Source: an uncultured Flavobacteriales bacterium
GTDB taxonomy: Bacteria; Bacteroidota; Bacteroidia; Flavobacteriales_D; Sanyastnellaceae
NCBI GenBank assembly: GCA_943846755.1
Contig: OX044365.1
Span: forward strand, 2,082,747 to 2,146,746
Length of the DNA: 64,000 bases
Direction of reading: 5' to 3'
The position numbers and the translations under genes are program-made. Position 1 is the stretch's first letter, and every line of letters starts with the position of its first letter. Shown piece by piece: positions 30,098 to 39,402 of the stretch. The notes under the pieces are model-generated. The model saw only the letters and a list, made by a program, of their open reading frames with translations, made no database searches and was not told the origin of the DNA.

Positions 30098-31603
30098 TCA
30101 GGACTTGAGCCACTTGGCCAACCAGGGGGCCCTGGTTGTGGCGAATTCAACCCCTTCTGGAGCGAGGTTGAGCTTGATGGTGGCAAAAGCGGCCCAACCC
30201 GTGACGGTGATGCTTTTCACCAAAATGGTGACCAAGTGAGGCCAGTCTGGATTCCACTGAACCATAACAAAGGCAGGCAGCATCAGTACCCCGCAAATCT
30301 GGAGGGTTTGAAGGCTGGGGACCATCCGTCTCCAAATGTGCCACAACAAAACCTGTCGGCTGATTACGGACACGACGATGGAAATGAGGGTGGCCAGAGC
30401 AGCACCTGTAAGTCCCATCCCCAGACCTGATTCAGGGATGAGCAGCAGGTTCAATGGAACCGCCAATGCGATCATGGTCCAATTGACCACCACCATCTTT
30501 CTGAAATGGTTGGACTGCGAGAGCAATGTGGCTGAGCCCGATGCAGACGCCAGCATCACCTTGGCCAACCCCAAGGTCAATATGACCCATGACATTCCTC
30601 GAAATTCGGGCTGCAGCAGCTGGTCTATTTGTGGAGTGGCCACCCAGACACAAGTGAGAATCCACCCGCTGCTCAGTAAAAGGATGCGGTGACTGAGTCG
30701 GATCAATCGGTTGATCTCCGCAGCATCATCGATGTCCAGTGCCCGGGATATGAGCGGCTGCAACAGGCGTTGGGCTGCACGCTGCGGCAAGGTGGACACG
30801 GTGGCGACAAAGGCGGCGACTGTAAATACAGGCACCTTACCGAGGCCGAGCAGGCTTCCGACCATGATGATGTCCAATTGGTTGAGGATGACCCAAGCAC
30901 CGCTTCCCAGGACCAGTGCACCGCCGTATTGGCGAATTTCTTTGCGGATTTTTGATGGCCCAATACCGCGGAGATCGACTTTGAATTGATTGGCCAGGGA
31001 CTGGGCAAACAGAACCAACAGGACCAAGGCGTTGAGCAGGAGGTATGCGGGCAAAAACTCTGGTTTGCCCAACCAGCCTAAGCCCAAGCTCAGGGCCAAA
31101 CACGCGTAGCCCAACTTGAAAATGGTCTCCTGGGCAAACATGGCCAAGGTGGTTTTCAATTTGGTCGACAAGTATCCGGCCAGAAAACGCTGAGCGGTGA
31201 GGATGGCGGACAGCACCGCAATGGGCCGGACCGCTTGGCTGTGAGCTTCACTCAGGCTGAGCATGTTGCTCACGCCTTCGGGAAACACCAGGGCAGGAAG
31301 TGCCACAAAAACAGTGAAGAGCACCAAGGGCGGCCTGAGCAAGGTCCCCATCAGCTTGGGGATTTGATGGGAGCGGCCCAACAAGCCTGAATACCGGTTC
31401 ATTGCCGATGGTGCGCCGAAGAGCAGGATGGGGGAGATCAAGGAAGCCCACGCCATCACCGAGCGGACCAGTCCCCATTCCCCCAAATCATCGGCAAAGG
31501 CCCATGGCAGGATGACCAGGTTGTTGACTGCGCCGAGGAAAAAGCCGAGCAGTATGCTCAGGAAGTTCCGAAAAGCTTGGGTTTGGACTCTGTACCGTGC
31601 CAT
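30098..31603 (-). CDS. Polysaccharide biosynthesis protein / Wzx-like flippase (MOP superfamily), 501 aa
   Basis: About 12-14 hydrophobic helices along the whole length. Follows a glycosyltransferase gene with a TGATG overlap at 31603. Confidence 0.8.
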   Translation of the reverse strand: MARYRVQTQAFRNFLSILLGFFLGAVNNLVILPWAFADDLGEWGLVRSVMAWASLISPILLFGAPSAMNRYSGLLGRSHQIPKLMGTLLRPPLVLFTVFVALPALVFPEGVSNMLSLSEAHSQAVRPIAVLSAILTAQRFLAGYLSTKLKTTLAMFAQETIFKLGYACLALSLGLGWLGKPEFLPAYLLLNALVLLVLFAQSLANQFKVDLRGIGPSKIRKEIRQYGGALVLGSGAWVILNQLDIIMVGSLLGLGKVPVFTVAAFVATVSTLPQRAAQRLLQPLISRALDIDDAAEINRLIRLSHRILLLSSGWILTCVWVATPQIDQLLQPEFRGMSWVILTLGLAKVMLASASGSATLLSQSNHFRKMVVVNWTMIALAVPLNLLLIPESGLGMGLTGAALATLISIVVSVISRQVLLWHIWRRMVPSLQTLQICGVLMLPAFVMVQWNPDWPHLVTILVKSITVTGWAAFATIKLNLAPEGVEFATTRAPWLAKWLKS

Positions 31604-32973
31604 CAATCCAGGTTGTCGGAAATTTCATTCAGGCAACTGGCCATTTTTGTGGTCAGGGTCTTTCTCGAAAAATTCAAGGCCACTTGAAGGTTCGAAGTGT
31701 AGGGCAGGAAGAGGGCATGCAGCATGTTGGTGCAGCCTTCCACATCATCATGGTGTGCTGCGGTGAGCCCCCATTCCGCGGTGAGGTCGCCGAGGTCGCT
31801 GGGCATGGGGCAGACAACCGCAATGGGGATTCCTGTGGCGAGGTATTCAAAGGCCTTGCCTGGAATGGCCCACTGTCCCGTTTGGTTGTTGTTCTGAGCC
31901 AACAGCAGGGCGTCCATGGCCATCATTTTTTCGATGGCTTTGGCATGGGACATGTAACCGTGATCCGTCCACTCTGTGTCATTGAGCGCGGACGTTATGG
32001 ATGCTCGGACGTTGGCGTTGATGTTGCCTGCCAGATCCAAGTGGATGGGTTTCCGCCCTTCAGGTACCTGGGCATTCCATTGTCGAATCGCTTGCCAAAG
32101 TCCCGGCATGTTCCGCGTGGGAAAAAGCGATCCAAAATGCCCCAAGTGAAAAGTGTCGCTGGTCTTCTCGGGCTGAACCTTCTCTGCGCCGGCAGTTTCT
32201 TTTTCAATGTCGCTCGGGTCCCATCCGTTGTGGATGAGTGAGAATTTGTGGGACAAGGCACCGTTCTGAAGCTGCAATGAACCGCTCACACCAGGTGTCG
32301 GCACCGTGACTTGATCGGCATGATGGACCACGGCCTGTTCCAACTCGGCGTGTCGTCTTTTGGTGCGCTCGGTGGGCAAGAAATCTTCCAGGTAGTCCAT
32401 TTCTCTCCAGAGGTCTCTGAAGTCGGCAAGCCAAGGCATGTTGAGCCTTTTTTTCAAATCAAGGCCTATGAGGTGCACACTGTGGGGCGGTCCAGTGGTG
32501 ACCAGTGCTTGGAAAGGATGGCCTTCTGCTTCTGCATTTTTCCAGATGCGCTCTCCTGCTTTGCGCGCACGGCGGCGCCACAAAATGCGGGGGTCAGGTA
32601 TGAGCAAATTTCCACGTGCCCACAGCATGAGCGTTTGACTCAAGGACCTTTTGGTCGTAGCGGAAACCGACCCGAGACGCTCGGTGCCTTTTTTGCCTTG
32701 GAACAAGCCAATGGCCAAGTCATAAGGTTCGAAAATGGGAACCTTGACCACATCGATGCCCTCTGGAATTTCTTCAGTCAGGGAAGCATCGAGAACAGGA
32801 TAAGCCGCCCCTTCGGGGACCAAGAGTGTAGGCGCCCAGCCGTTTTCGGGGAGGTACTTGGAGAATTTGAGCCAGCGCTGTACTCCGGGGCCTCCAGCAG
32901 GTGGCCAGTAATAGGCGATGATCAGCACCTTTTTCAAGGTGTTGCCCTCGTTTGAAGTGGAGCCGACCTGCAT
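31603..32973 (-). CDS. Glycosyltransferase (GT-B fold, family 4-like), 456 aa
   Basis: N-terminus KKVLIIAYYWPPAGGPGVQRWLKFSKYL... is typical of Bacteroidota GT4-like enzymes (by eye). Confidence 0.75.
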   Translation of the reverse strand: MQVGSTSNEGNTLKKVLIIAYYWPPAGGPGVQRWLKFSKYLPENGWAPTLLVPEGAAYPVLDASLTEEIPEGIDVVKVPIFEPYDLAIGLFQGKKGTERLGSVSATTKRSLSQTLMLWARGNLLIPDPRILWRRRARKAGERIWKNAEAEGHPFQALVTTGPPHSVHLIGLDLKKRLNMPWLADFRDLWREMDYLEDFLPTERTKRRHAELEQAVVHHADQVTVPTPGVSGSLQLQNGALSHKFSLIHNGWDPSDIEKETAGAEKVQPEKTSDTFHLGHFGSLFPTRNMPGLWQAIRQWNAQVPEGRKPIHLDLAGNINANVRASITSALNDTEWTDHGYMSHAKAIEKMMAMDALLLAQNNNQTGQWAIPGKAFEYLATGIPIAVVCPMPSDLGDLTAEWGLTAAHHDDVEGCTNMLHALFLPYTSNLQVALNFSRKTLTTKMASCLNEISDNLD

Positions 32974-32982
32974 AAAGTGAAT

Positions 32983-35802
32983 CTACTCCAGGGTCAGGCA
33001 ATCGGCACACCACTTGCTTTCTGTGTTGTGCGCAACGGAGTCTTCATCATTGGCAGGAAGGAGTGCAGAGACCACCTCGCCGAGCCACGTTTTAAGGGCG
33101 TCGTCGTGTTCGTGGTTGAGCAGTGAAGTTCCATCCCATTCTAGGGTGAGCAGACTGGTGGCATCACCGGCGCCTTTGCGCCCAGCCCGAATGGCGGAAC
33201 GAATGGCTTGAGCCTCAGGGTGTTTCTCGCGCAACATGGCAGCATAAAGGAGCAATTGCAGGGCCTTGCCATGCTTGCCTTTTCGCAGGGTCTCGTCCCA
33301 ATTTCCCTTGAGTCGCAATTCCCTGCCTTCTACAGCGCCTGTTTTGTAGTCGACGACTTGCCAGACTTCGCGCCGTGGGTTTTTGTGGATTTCAACGCGA
33401 TCTGCCACGCCCTTAAAGGAAATCGAGCGGCCGTCGTCGAGGGTGAACGTCCTAAAGAGGTCCTCCTCAAGACCGACAAGGGTTACTTCCGTTCCGTCTG
33501 ACCATTCCCTCAATTCATCTCGGACCCACCTGCCGATCATGGCTGCGGCCATTCGGAGAACCAGGACGTTCTCTCCCGTATCGGCCTGCGCGCCTTTCTT
33601 GGTCGCGGCGAGTGCGGCGACAAGTTTGGGTTTGACCTCGCGAGCCAGGGCTTTGAGGTCTTGTTTTTGGAGGACCTTTCCCACGGCAGATTGCAGGCCT
33701 TCTTCTACAGCTTTGTGGATGACTGTGCCAATGGTACTGGCTTCGAGGTGTTCTTCTACAGTGTCTGTTTCTCCCAGTCCTAAGACATAGCGATAATGGA
33801 ACTGGCGCTCACAAGTGAGGGCTTGGTTTAATGCCGATGGGCTGACACCTCTGGTGAGCATTTCCTCCATGGATTGCTGGGCATCTGCGCTCCACCTTAG
33901 GGCGGGGACAGGGGGTGCCGGGTCGGGCAAAGGAGTGGACCACAGTGACTTGTTGATCGCCACGCCAGATAAGGAAGACTTGGCCCAAGCCTCGAGTTGG
34001 CCCAAGAACCGACTGGGTTCTGTACCACTGTCGCCCAAGTCGGCTCCAACGCAGAGCAAGTGGACTTTGCGCGAACGGTGCAAGAGTCGGTGCAGGTAAG
34101 CGGAAAAGATGCCGTCGCGCTCCGGCCTTCCGGGCAGGCCGATGGAACGTTGCAGGTCCAAGGGCATAAAAGAGGGTGGGGGAGCACCGTCGGGTAGGGT
34201 GCCTTCATTGACATCCAACACAAACACTTCGTCGAAATCGAGTCCCCTGCTTTCGAGCAATCCCATGACCTGCAGGCCCTCTAAAGGTTCGCCGGAAAGA
34301 TCGACGGCATGCTGTGCCATCCAACGTTGGACGCGGTTCCTTGTTTCTGCGAGGTTGGGCGGCGTGCCTGTTTTTTCGATGCTGCGTTCATGCAGCGCGA
34401 CCACGTCTCGAAACCCCATCCAAGTGGCGCTGAGCCAAGGATCTTTGGCCAGGCTTTTACTGTTGTTGGTCCACCGGGCGGCTTGTGAGAGCACGGCAGT
34501 GGTCCCATCGTCTCGGTCGGACAGTGCAGCATCTTGGCCGGCCCACCACGGGCTGAGCAGGGCTTCGACCTTCGGGAAATCCGCGAAGTCTTGGCGGGTC
34601 AGTCTGATGAGGGTCTGTTGGGTGCAGCGCTTGGTGAGGGCACCCAATTGTTCTGCCGCATCGGGATGAATGGCACGGGTCAGGGGGTGGGCCAAGAGGC
34701 CGCGAACCCTGCTGTGGTGCAAACGCCCATTGTCCCCGTGCAGTCCAAAGAGCAGGTGAAGGAAACTGCGCAATGGGGTGCGGTCCAAGGGAACCCCCAT
34801 GGTGAGGTTGACTTTGTCAACGCTGGGTGGAATGGACGCCAATACCAATGGTGCGAGGTCGGCTGAGGGTAAAATGACCGCAACGCGGTCGAGGTCCTTC
34901 TGGCCAATAGACTCGAGGTGTTGGCGCACATATTGGGTCTGCATGGTGCGCGAACTGCACGTGACCATGTTCCAATCTCGGACCTTGTCTTTTCCAACTC
35001 CGGTGACCTCAGCCATCGGGTCAGGGAGGTCCGATTGCCGTTCCTTGCTCACAATTTCCCGGACGAACCGTCCTGCCTCCAATCCTTCTCGGACGTAACT
35101 GCGGTCGGTGTCCCAGATCCATTCACCCCATCCTGATTGAATCAGCCGGTCCACGGTCTTATGCTCTGCCGGTGTAAGGGCATTGGCACCGGCCATCCAC
35201 ACCGGTCCGGAAACATGGCGCAGTGCGCCCTCTTGGGTGGCCATGAGCCGGGCGAGCATGCCAGAGGTACAGGAGCCGTGTTCTTGAAGGTGCTCATGGA
35301 AAGCGGTGTGCAGGGGGTGCAGCGTGTTCCATTGTGCCAAAAACGCCTGTTGGCCCGCCGTCAAATCAGGACGCCCGAAACTCCAAGCTTCGATGTCTTT
35401 GATGTTGCGGAGGTCGCGAAAAACCTGCCGGGGCTCCAGCAGGTGATGGTCCACAGCATTGAAATCTGCCATGGCAGCCATGCCCCAGGGCTGAAACCGG
35501 TCAAAGGACCCCCATTCAGGCAAGGTGTGCTGCAGCCGCATGCCTTCGGCCACGTGCTGCAACTCCACAAGGAGCTCCATCTTGCTCGGGACGGTCAACC
35601 CGAGTTGTTCTGCGCTCCATTCTCCAAGCGTGGTAATGTGTGGAAGCCAATGGCCAGGTCCGGCTTCCTGTACCAGGGCTTCTTGGAGTTTGCGGCCGGC
35701 TCTGCGTCCGGGAAGAAGGATGGTGATGTCGCCCCATGCTTGCTTCTCCAATGCACTGAGCTTGGTGACGATGCGGTCTAGGAAATCGCCCGACCGGATC
35801 AT
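32983..35802 (-). CDS. PD-(D/E)XK nuclease family protein, AddB-like, 939 aa
   Basis: C-terminal nuclease motifs GVADRVEI...WQVVDYKTG, an upstream Cys in LTCERQFHYRYVLG, and a terminal WCADC. Start set at ATG 35802, which forms an ATGA overlap with the upstream TPR gene. Confidence 0.8.
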   Translation of the reverse strand: MIRSGDFLDRIVTKLSALEKQAWGDITILLPGRRAGRKLQEALVQEAGPGHWLPHITTLGEWSAEQLGLTVPSKMELLVELQHVAEGMRLQHTLPEWGSFDRFQPWGMAAMADFNAVDHHLLEPRQVFRDLRNIKDIEAWSFGRPDLTAGQQAFLAQWNTLHPLHTAFHEHLQEHGSCTSGMLARLMATQEGALRHVSGPVWMAGANALTPAEHKTVDRLIQSGWGEWIWDTDRSYVREGLEAGRFVREIVSKERQSDLPDPMAEVTGVGKDKVRDWNMVTCSSRTMQTQYVRQHLESIGQKDLDRVAVILPSADLAPLVLASIPPSVDKVNLTMGVPLDRTPLRSFLHLLFGLHGDNGRLHHSRVRGLLAHPLTRAIHPDAAEQLGALTKRCTQQTLIRLTRQDFADFPKVEALLSPWWAGQDAALSDRDDGTTAVLSQAARWTNNSKSLAKDPWLSATWMGFRDVVALHERSIEKTGTPPNLAETRNRVQRWMAQHAVDLSGEPLEGLQVMGLLESRGLDFDEVFVLDVNEGTLPDGAPPPSFMPLDLQRSIGLPGRPERDGIFSAYLHRLLHRSRKVHLLCVGADLGDSGTEPSRFLGQLEAWAKSSLSGVAINKSLWSTPLPDPAPPVPALRWSADAQQSMEEMLTRGVSPSALNQALTCERQFHYRYVLGLGETDTVEEHLEASTIGTVIHKAVEEGLQSAVGKVLQKQDLKALAREVKPKLVAALAATKKGAQADTGENVLVLRMAAAMIGRWVRDELREWSDGTEVTLVGLEEDLFRTFTLDDGRSISFKGVADRVEIHKNPRREVWQVVDYKTGAVEGRELRLKGNWDETLRKGKHGKALQLLLYAAMLREKHPEAQAIRSAIRAGRKGAGDATSLLTLEWDGTSLLNHEHDDALKTWLGEVVSALLPANDEDSVAHNTESKWCADCLTLE

Positions 35803-36404
35803 GATCGGAACCCTTTTTTGACGAAGGCCCAGAACGCTTTTCGCTGACCGGGATTGGTCCATACTGCGCTCATTTCACGCCACAGTGTCGAAGGGACTTC
35901 TGGCCCTGGCTCTGCAATGGCCTCCACTTGTTGTTCAGCGGTTTGGGGAGGGTCTACCCCGGCGTCCTTGAGGATGCCCATGAGGGTGTCGGCGCGTCGG
36001 AATTTTTCTTGTGCCGATTTGCGCATGCCATACTGTTCCTCGAGGAGTCCGAGGTTGTTGAGTGTGATGGCGTCTTCGGGATCGAGTTCCAGTGCCTTTT
36101 TGTAATCGGCAATGGCGCCGTCGACGTCTTTCATGGCCGCTTTGATCCAAGCCCGAGAGGCATAGCGGTAAGCGCGATCGGGCTCTAAACCAACAGCGCG
36201 GTCAAAAGCTTGCAGGGCTTCTTTTGTGCGGCCCAGTTGAAATACGCAGACGGCATGATCGTGAATGATGTCCCCATCGGCAGGCACACCGGAACTTTCC
36301 CTATCGGCCATGAGGGTGGCGAAGACTTGCTCGGCCTCAGCCCATTTTTTGTCCGCGTAGAGGGATTCTGCCTTCTTGCGTCTGCGGTTAAAATCTTCGC
36401 TCAT
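35799..36404 (-). CDS. Tetratricopeptide repeat protein, 201 aa
   Basis: TPR-like repeats (AEQVFATLM..., EALQAFDRAVGLEPDRAYRY..., GAIADYKKALELDPEDAITLNNLG). Confidence 0.8.
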   Translation of the reverse strand: MSEDFNRRRKKAESLYADKKWAEAEQVFATLMADRESSGVPADGDIIHDHAVCVFQLGRTKEALQAFDRAVGLEPDRAYRYASRAWIKAAMKDVDGAIADYKKALELDPEDAITLNNLGLLEEQYGMRKSAQEKFRRADTLMGILKDAGVDPPQTAEQQVEAIAEPGPEVPSTLWREMSAVWTNPGQRKAFWAFVKKGFRS

Positions 36405-36964
36405 TTCCCTTGGTGTGTCAGGTTTTCGATGGCTTGCACCATGGATTCGAACTCGGCTTCCTCAAATAGTCGGGTGAGGAAGGCAATGCGGCCATCCCGG
36501 TTGACCACCACGTTGCGCGTGACGCCCGCTTTGGGAAGGGTGACCTTGGCAAACAGTGCCCCTCCAGGGTCGAGACATACGGGATACGTAACCCCAGTAT
36601 CCTCCACAAGACCTGCGACTTTTGGGGCGGGTTCGTCCAAGTCTACCCCCAGCAACACGACGCCATCATCTTTGAATGCTTGCCAGACCCTTTGCTCTAA
36701 ATGGGGCATTTCCTTTCGACATACGCCGCACCAAGAAGCGGTGAACTGCAAGATGTATACCGACCCCATCAAGGACTCCTTGGACCATGTTTTGCCGTCG
36801 AGATCGGTGAGAGAAAAGTCGGGGATGGGATCACCGACCTGAACTTTGTAGCCTCGACCGTCTGACTGGGCGGCGATTCCGTTGAAACCACTGTTCCCGA
36901 AAACACCGATGAACAGCAGCATGATGGCGGGCCAGTAGGCCATGTTACGGGTTGTTGTGGTCAT
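36401..36964 (-). CDS. TlpA/AhpC-TSA-family thioredoxin-fold oxidoreductase, 187 aa
   Basis: N-terminal anchor or signal, then the active site FTASWCGVCRKEMP. ATGA overlap with the TPR gene (36401..36404). Confidence 0.85.
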   Translation of the reverse strand: MTTTTRNMAYWPAIMLLFIGVFGNSGFNGIAAQSDGRGYKVQVGDPIPDFSLTDLDGKTWSKESLMGSVYILQFTASWCGVCRKEMPHLEQRVWQAFKDDGVVLLGVDLDEPAPKVAGLVEDTGVTYPVCLDPGGALFAKVTLPKAGVTRNVVVNRDGRIAFLTRLFEEAEFESMVQAIENLTHQGK

Positions 36965-37001
36965 GGATGGAAGTTCCGAAAATCGCCGGTGTTCAATGCG
37001 C

Positions 37002-37009
37002 TAATTTTC
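37002..37009 (+). promoter_or_regulatory. Near-consensus -7 box (TAATTTTC) 4 nt before the ATG at 37014
   Basis: The sequence reads GCTAATTTTCacgaATG. One mismatch to TAnnTTTG. Confidence 0.3.
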
Positions 37010-37013
37010 ACGA

Positions 37014-37289
37014 ATGACTTCCGCATTTTCACCGCAATGGTTCACGACACCCGAGGGCAGGTCCATATATGCGCTCGAGTCTTCAGAACGGCTGGTCGAA
37101 CACCAGCAAATGGGTGCGCGTTACATGGTCCATGTATTGGCGGTGAAAACCTATCCAGACCGCTTGCACATTGCGGGTTTGTTGCAAGCTGTTGAGGCGG
37201 GTTCCTTGGTGCCATTGACACAGGAAGAATATCAGGAAAGGGTAAGCAACATCGAGCGGTTGGAACGCTTGGGTCCGGGGCCCGAATAG
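37014..37289 (+). CDS. Hypothetical protein, 91 aa
   Basis: Only the ORF, its position in an otherwise empty 350-nt gap upstream of murB, and the promoter-like box directly before its ATG. No recognisable motif. Confidence 0.4.
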   Translation: MTSAFSPQWFTTPEGRSIYALESSERLVEHQQMGARYMVHVLAVKTYPDRLHIAGLLQAVEAGSLVPLTQEEYQERVSNIERLERLGPGPE

Positions 37290-37317
37290 GCACCGCTGCG
37301 CGCCGTTTCTTCGCTGG

Positions 37318-38346
37318 GTGCGTATTCTATCTCAAGCATCCCTCGGGGATCTGACCACATTTGGATTGCCGGCTCAAGCCGAGCATTTCGCGTCTTGTAC
37401 TTCGGAAGAGGAGGTCAAAGAGGCCTTGGCCTGGCACCGAGAAAATCAGGGGGAGCTCCATGTGCTCGGAGGAGGCAGCAATGTGCTGCTCGCCGGTGAT
37501 TTGTCGGGTTTGGTGCTGCACATGGGAATCGGTGGTGTCAACGAAGTCGGGAGCACAGATCAGGGTGTTTTGGTGAGGGTCGGTGCTGGTGTGGGGTGGC
37601 ACAACTTCGTGATGGATGCGCTGGATCGGGGCTGGTATGGTTTGGAAAACCTGTCCCTGATTCCTGGAAGCACTGGGGCGGGGCCTATGCAAAATATTGG
37701 GGCCTACGGTGTGGAGCTGGAAGAGCGCTTTCACGCTTTGGAGGCGGTGGAGGTTGCTACAGGAGAGACACACCATTTCACCCATTCTGACTGTGCCTTT
37801 GGTTACCGTGAGAGTGTGTTTAAGCGGGTCCTCAGGGGACAATACGTCATCACCGCCGTGACCTTTGAACTGCTCAAAACCCCGGAGTTGAGGCTGAAAT
37901 ACGGGGCCATCAAATCGGCATTGGCGGCCGCTGGCGTTACGGACCCCACCCCCAAAGCAGTGTCAGACGCGGTGATCGCCATTCGGAGAAGCAAATTGCC
38001 TGACCCCGCTGTGCTCGGCAATGCCGGCAGTTTTTTCAAAAACCCTGTGGTCGATGAAGCGCGCCACATCGCATTGGCCAAGAAATTCCCTGAGATGCCG
38101 CAATACCCCACTGCCGGCGGAATCAAGCTGGCAGCAGGTTGGTTGATTGACCAAGCCGGTTGGAAGGGCCACGATCGCGGTACGCATGGTGTCCATGACC
38201 GTCAAGCGCTCGTGCTGGTCAACAAGGGAGGCGCAACGGGCGCCGAACTGTTGAAGCTCGCTGAGGATGTGCAGCAGGACGTGCTGAAGCGCTTTGGAGT
38301 GCACCTTGAACGCGAGGTCAATGTGCTTCCCAACGCGGGGCTTTAA
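37318..38346 (+). CDS. murB: UDP-N-acetylenolpyruvoylglucosamine reductase, 342 aa
   Basis: FAD-binding N-terminus ...LGDLTTFGLPAQAEHF...LHVLGGGSNVL and C-terminal ...GNAGSFFKNP...LAAGWLIDQAGWKG. GTG start. Confidence 0.95.
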   Translation: MRILSQASLGDLTTFGLPAQAEHFASCTSEEEVKEALAWHRENQGELHVLGGGSNVLLAGDLSGLVLHMGIGGVNEVGSTDQGVLVRVGAGVGWHNFVMDALDRGWYGLENLSLIPGSTGAGPMQNIGAYGVELEERFHALEAVEVATGETHHFTHSDCAFGYRESVFKRVLRGQYVITAVTFELLKTPELRLKYGAIKSALAAAGVTDPTPKAVSDAVIAIRRSKLPDPAVLGNAGSFFKNPVVDEARHIALAKKFPEMPQYPTAGGIKLAAGWLIDQAGWKGHDRGTHGVHDRQALVLVNKGGATGAELLKLAEDVQQDVLKRFGVHLEREVNVLPNAGL

Positions 38347-38358
38347 AGCTCGGCCTGC

Positions 38359-39402
38359 TCAGAATTCCGCACAGGGCAGGATGCGGTGTGGCCTCGTGCG
38401 CAAATGACTCGGGGTACGCCACACATAACTCAAGGTGATTTCATGGGCACCGTCTGAAATGCCCCAACCCAGCGTAGACACTGTGATGTCATAGCTGTAT
38501 CCGACGCGGAAGTTTTCTTCGGTGAGTCCGAGCAGCAGGGAAATGGCATCGTGGTTTGGTGCACCATCAGGTGCGGACTTCATCAAAATCTGACGATAGG
38601 AAACGCCATAGGTGAGGAATGGGCTGTCTATGCTAAACCCAAAATCCATTTGGTCAAATGCCCCTTGAGAGCGGTATGAGGCGACAACCAAGAAGTCTTG
38701 GTCTGCACCGGTGGGTCCGCTCACGTAGGGAATCCGCACTCCTGTGTGTGCGCTGAACCAGATGGGGACAGGTGCAGTGGTGGCATCGGTCAGGCTTTCC
38801 GAAGGGCTGTTCAGGTGTCGGCTGCTCATGCCGAGCCAGAACCGCTTGCTGTAGATGACCCCACCGGCGGCCACATCGAAGTAGTTGCGCACCAGTTGGA
38901 AGTTCTGCAGGCCTTCCAGAGAACCGGTGGCTCCGGAACCCGCCGTGCCTCGGTTTATTTGGTCGCCAAAGACCAGGTCGTTCCAGTTCAGCAATCCGCG
39001 GCTGCTCCACCCCAGTTGAAGTCCTGGCCTAAAGGAGAGTCTTTCGCCGAGGGGCACTTCGTAGCTGTACTGAAAACCAAAGGAGCTGGTGCCCAGTCCT
39101 CCTGTACCCGCTTCATCGGATGAAAAGACGATGCCGATGCCACTGTTGATTTTGGGAATGAAAACGTCATAGGAGGCTCCATAAGACACGAAACGACCGG
39201 GAATGCCGGGCCATTGGTTCCGGTAATGGAAGCTGAACCTGTTCTCGAGCGTTCCGCCAGCGAAGGCCGGGTTGAGGTGGGTAGCCGCAGCATAGAATTG
39301 CGTGAGCTGCGAATCCTGCGCGCGCGCATTCTGACCGCTTGTGGCGATCAAGACCAGACCGAGAACGGCGGCGGCCAACGTTGTATTTCGAATTGCAGTC
39401 AT
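38359..39402 (-). CDS. PorP/SprF-family T9SS outer-membrane protein, 347 aa
   Basis: QDSQLTQFYAAATHLNPAFAG...FHYRNQWPGIPGRFVSYGASYD is the PorP/SprF signature. ATGA overlap with the upstream adhesin gene (39399..39402). Confidence 0.9.
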   Translation of the reverse strand: MTAIRNTTLAAAVLGLVLIATSGQNARAQDSQLTQFYAAATHLNPAFAGGTLENRFSFHYRNQWPGIPGRFVSYGASYDVFIPKINSGIGIVFSSDEAGTGGLGTSSFGFQYSYEVPLGERLSFRPGLQLGWSSRGLLNWNDLVFGDQINRGTAGSGATGSLEGLQNFQLVRNYFDVAAGGVIYSKRFWLGMSSRHLNSPSESLTDATTAPVPIWFSAHTGVRIPYVSGPTGADQDFLVVASYRSQGAFDQMDFGFSIDSPFLTYGVSYRQILMKSAPDGAPNHDAISLLLGLTEENFRVGYSYDITVSTLGWGISDGAHEITLSYVWRTPSHLRTRPHRILPCAEF

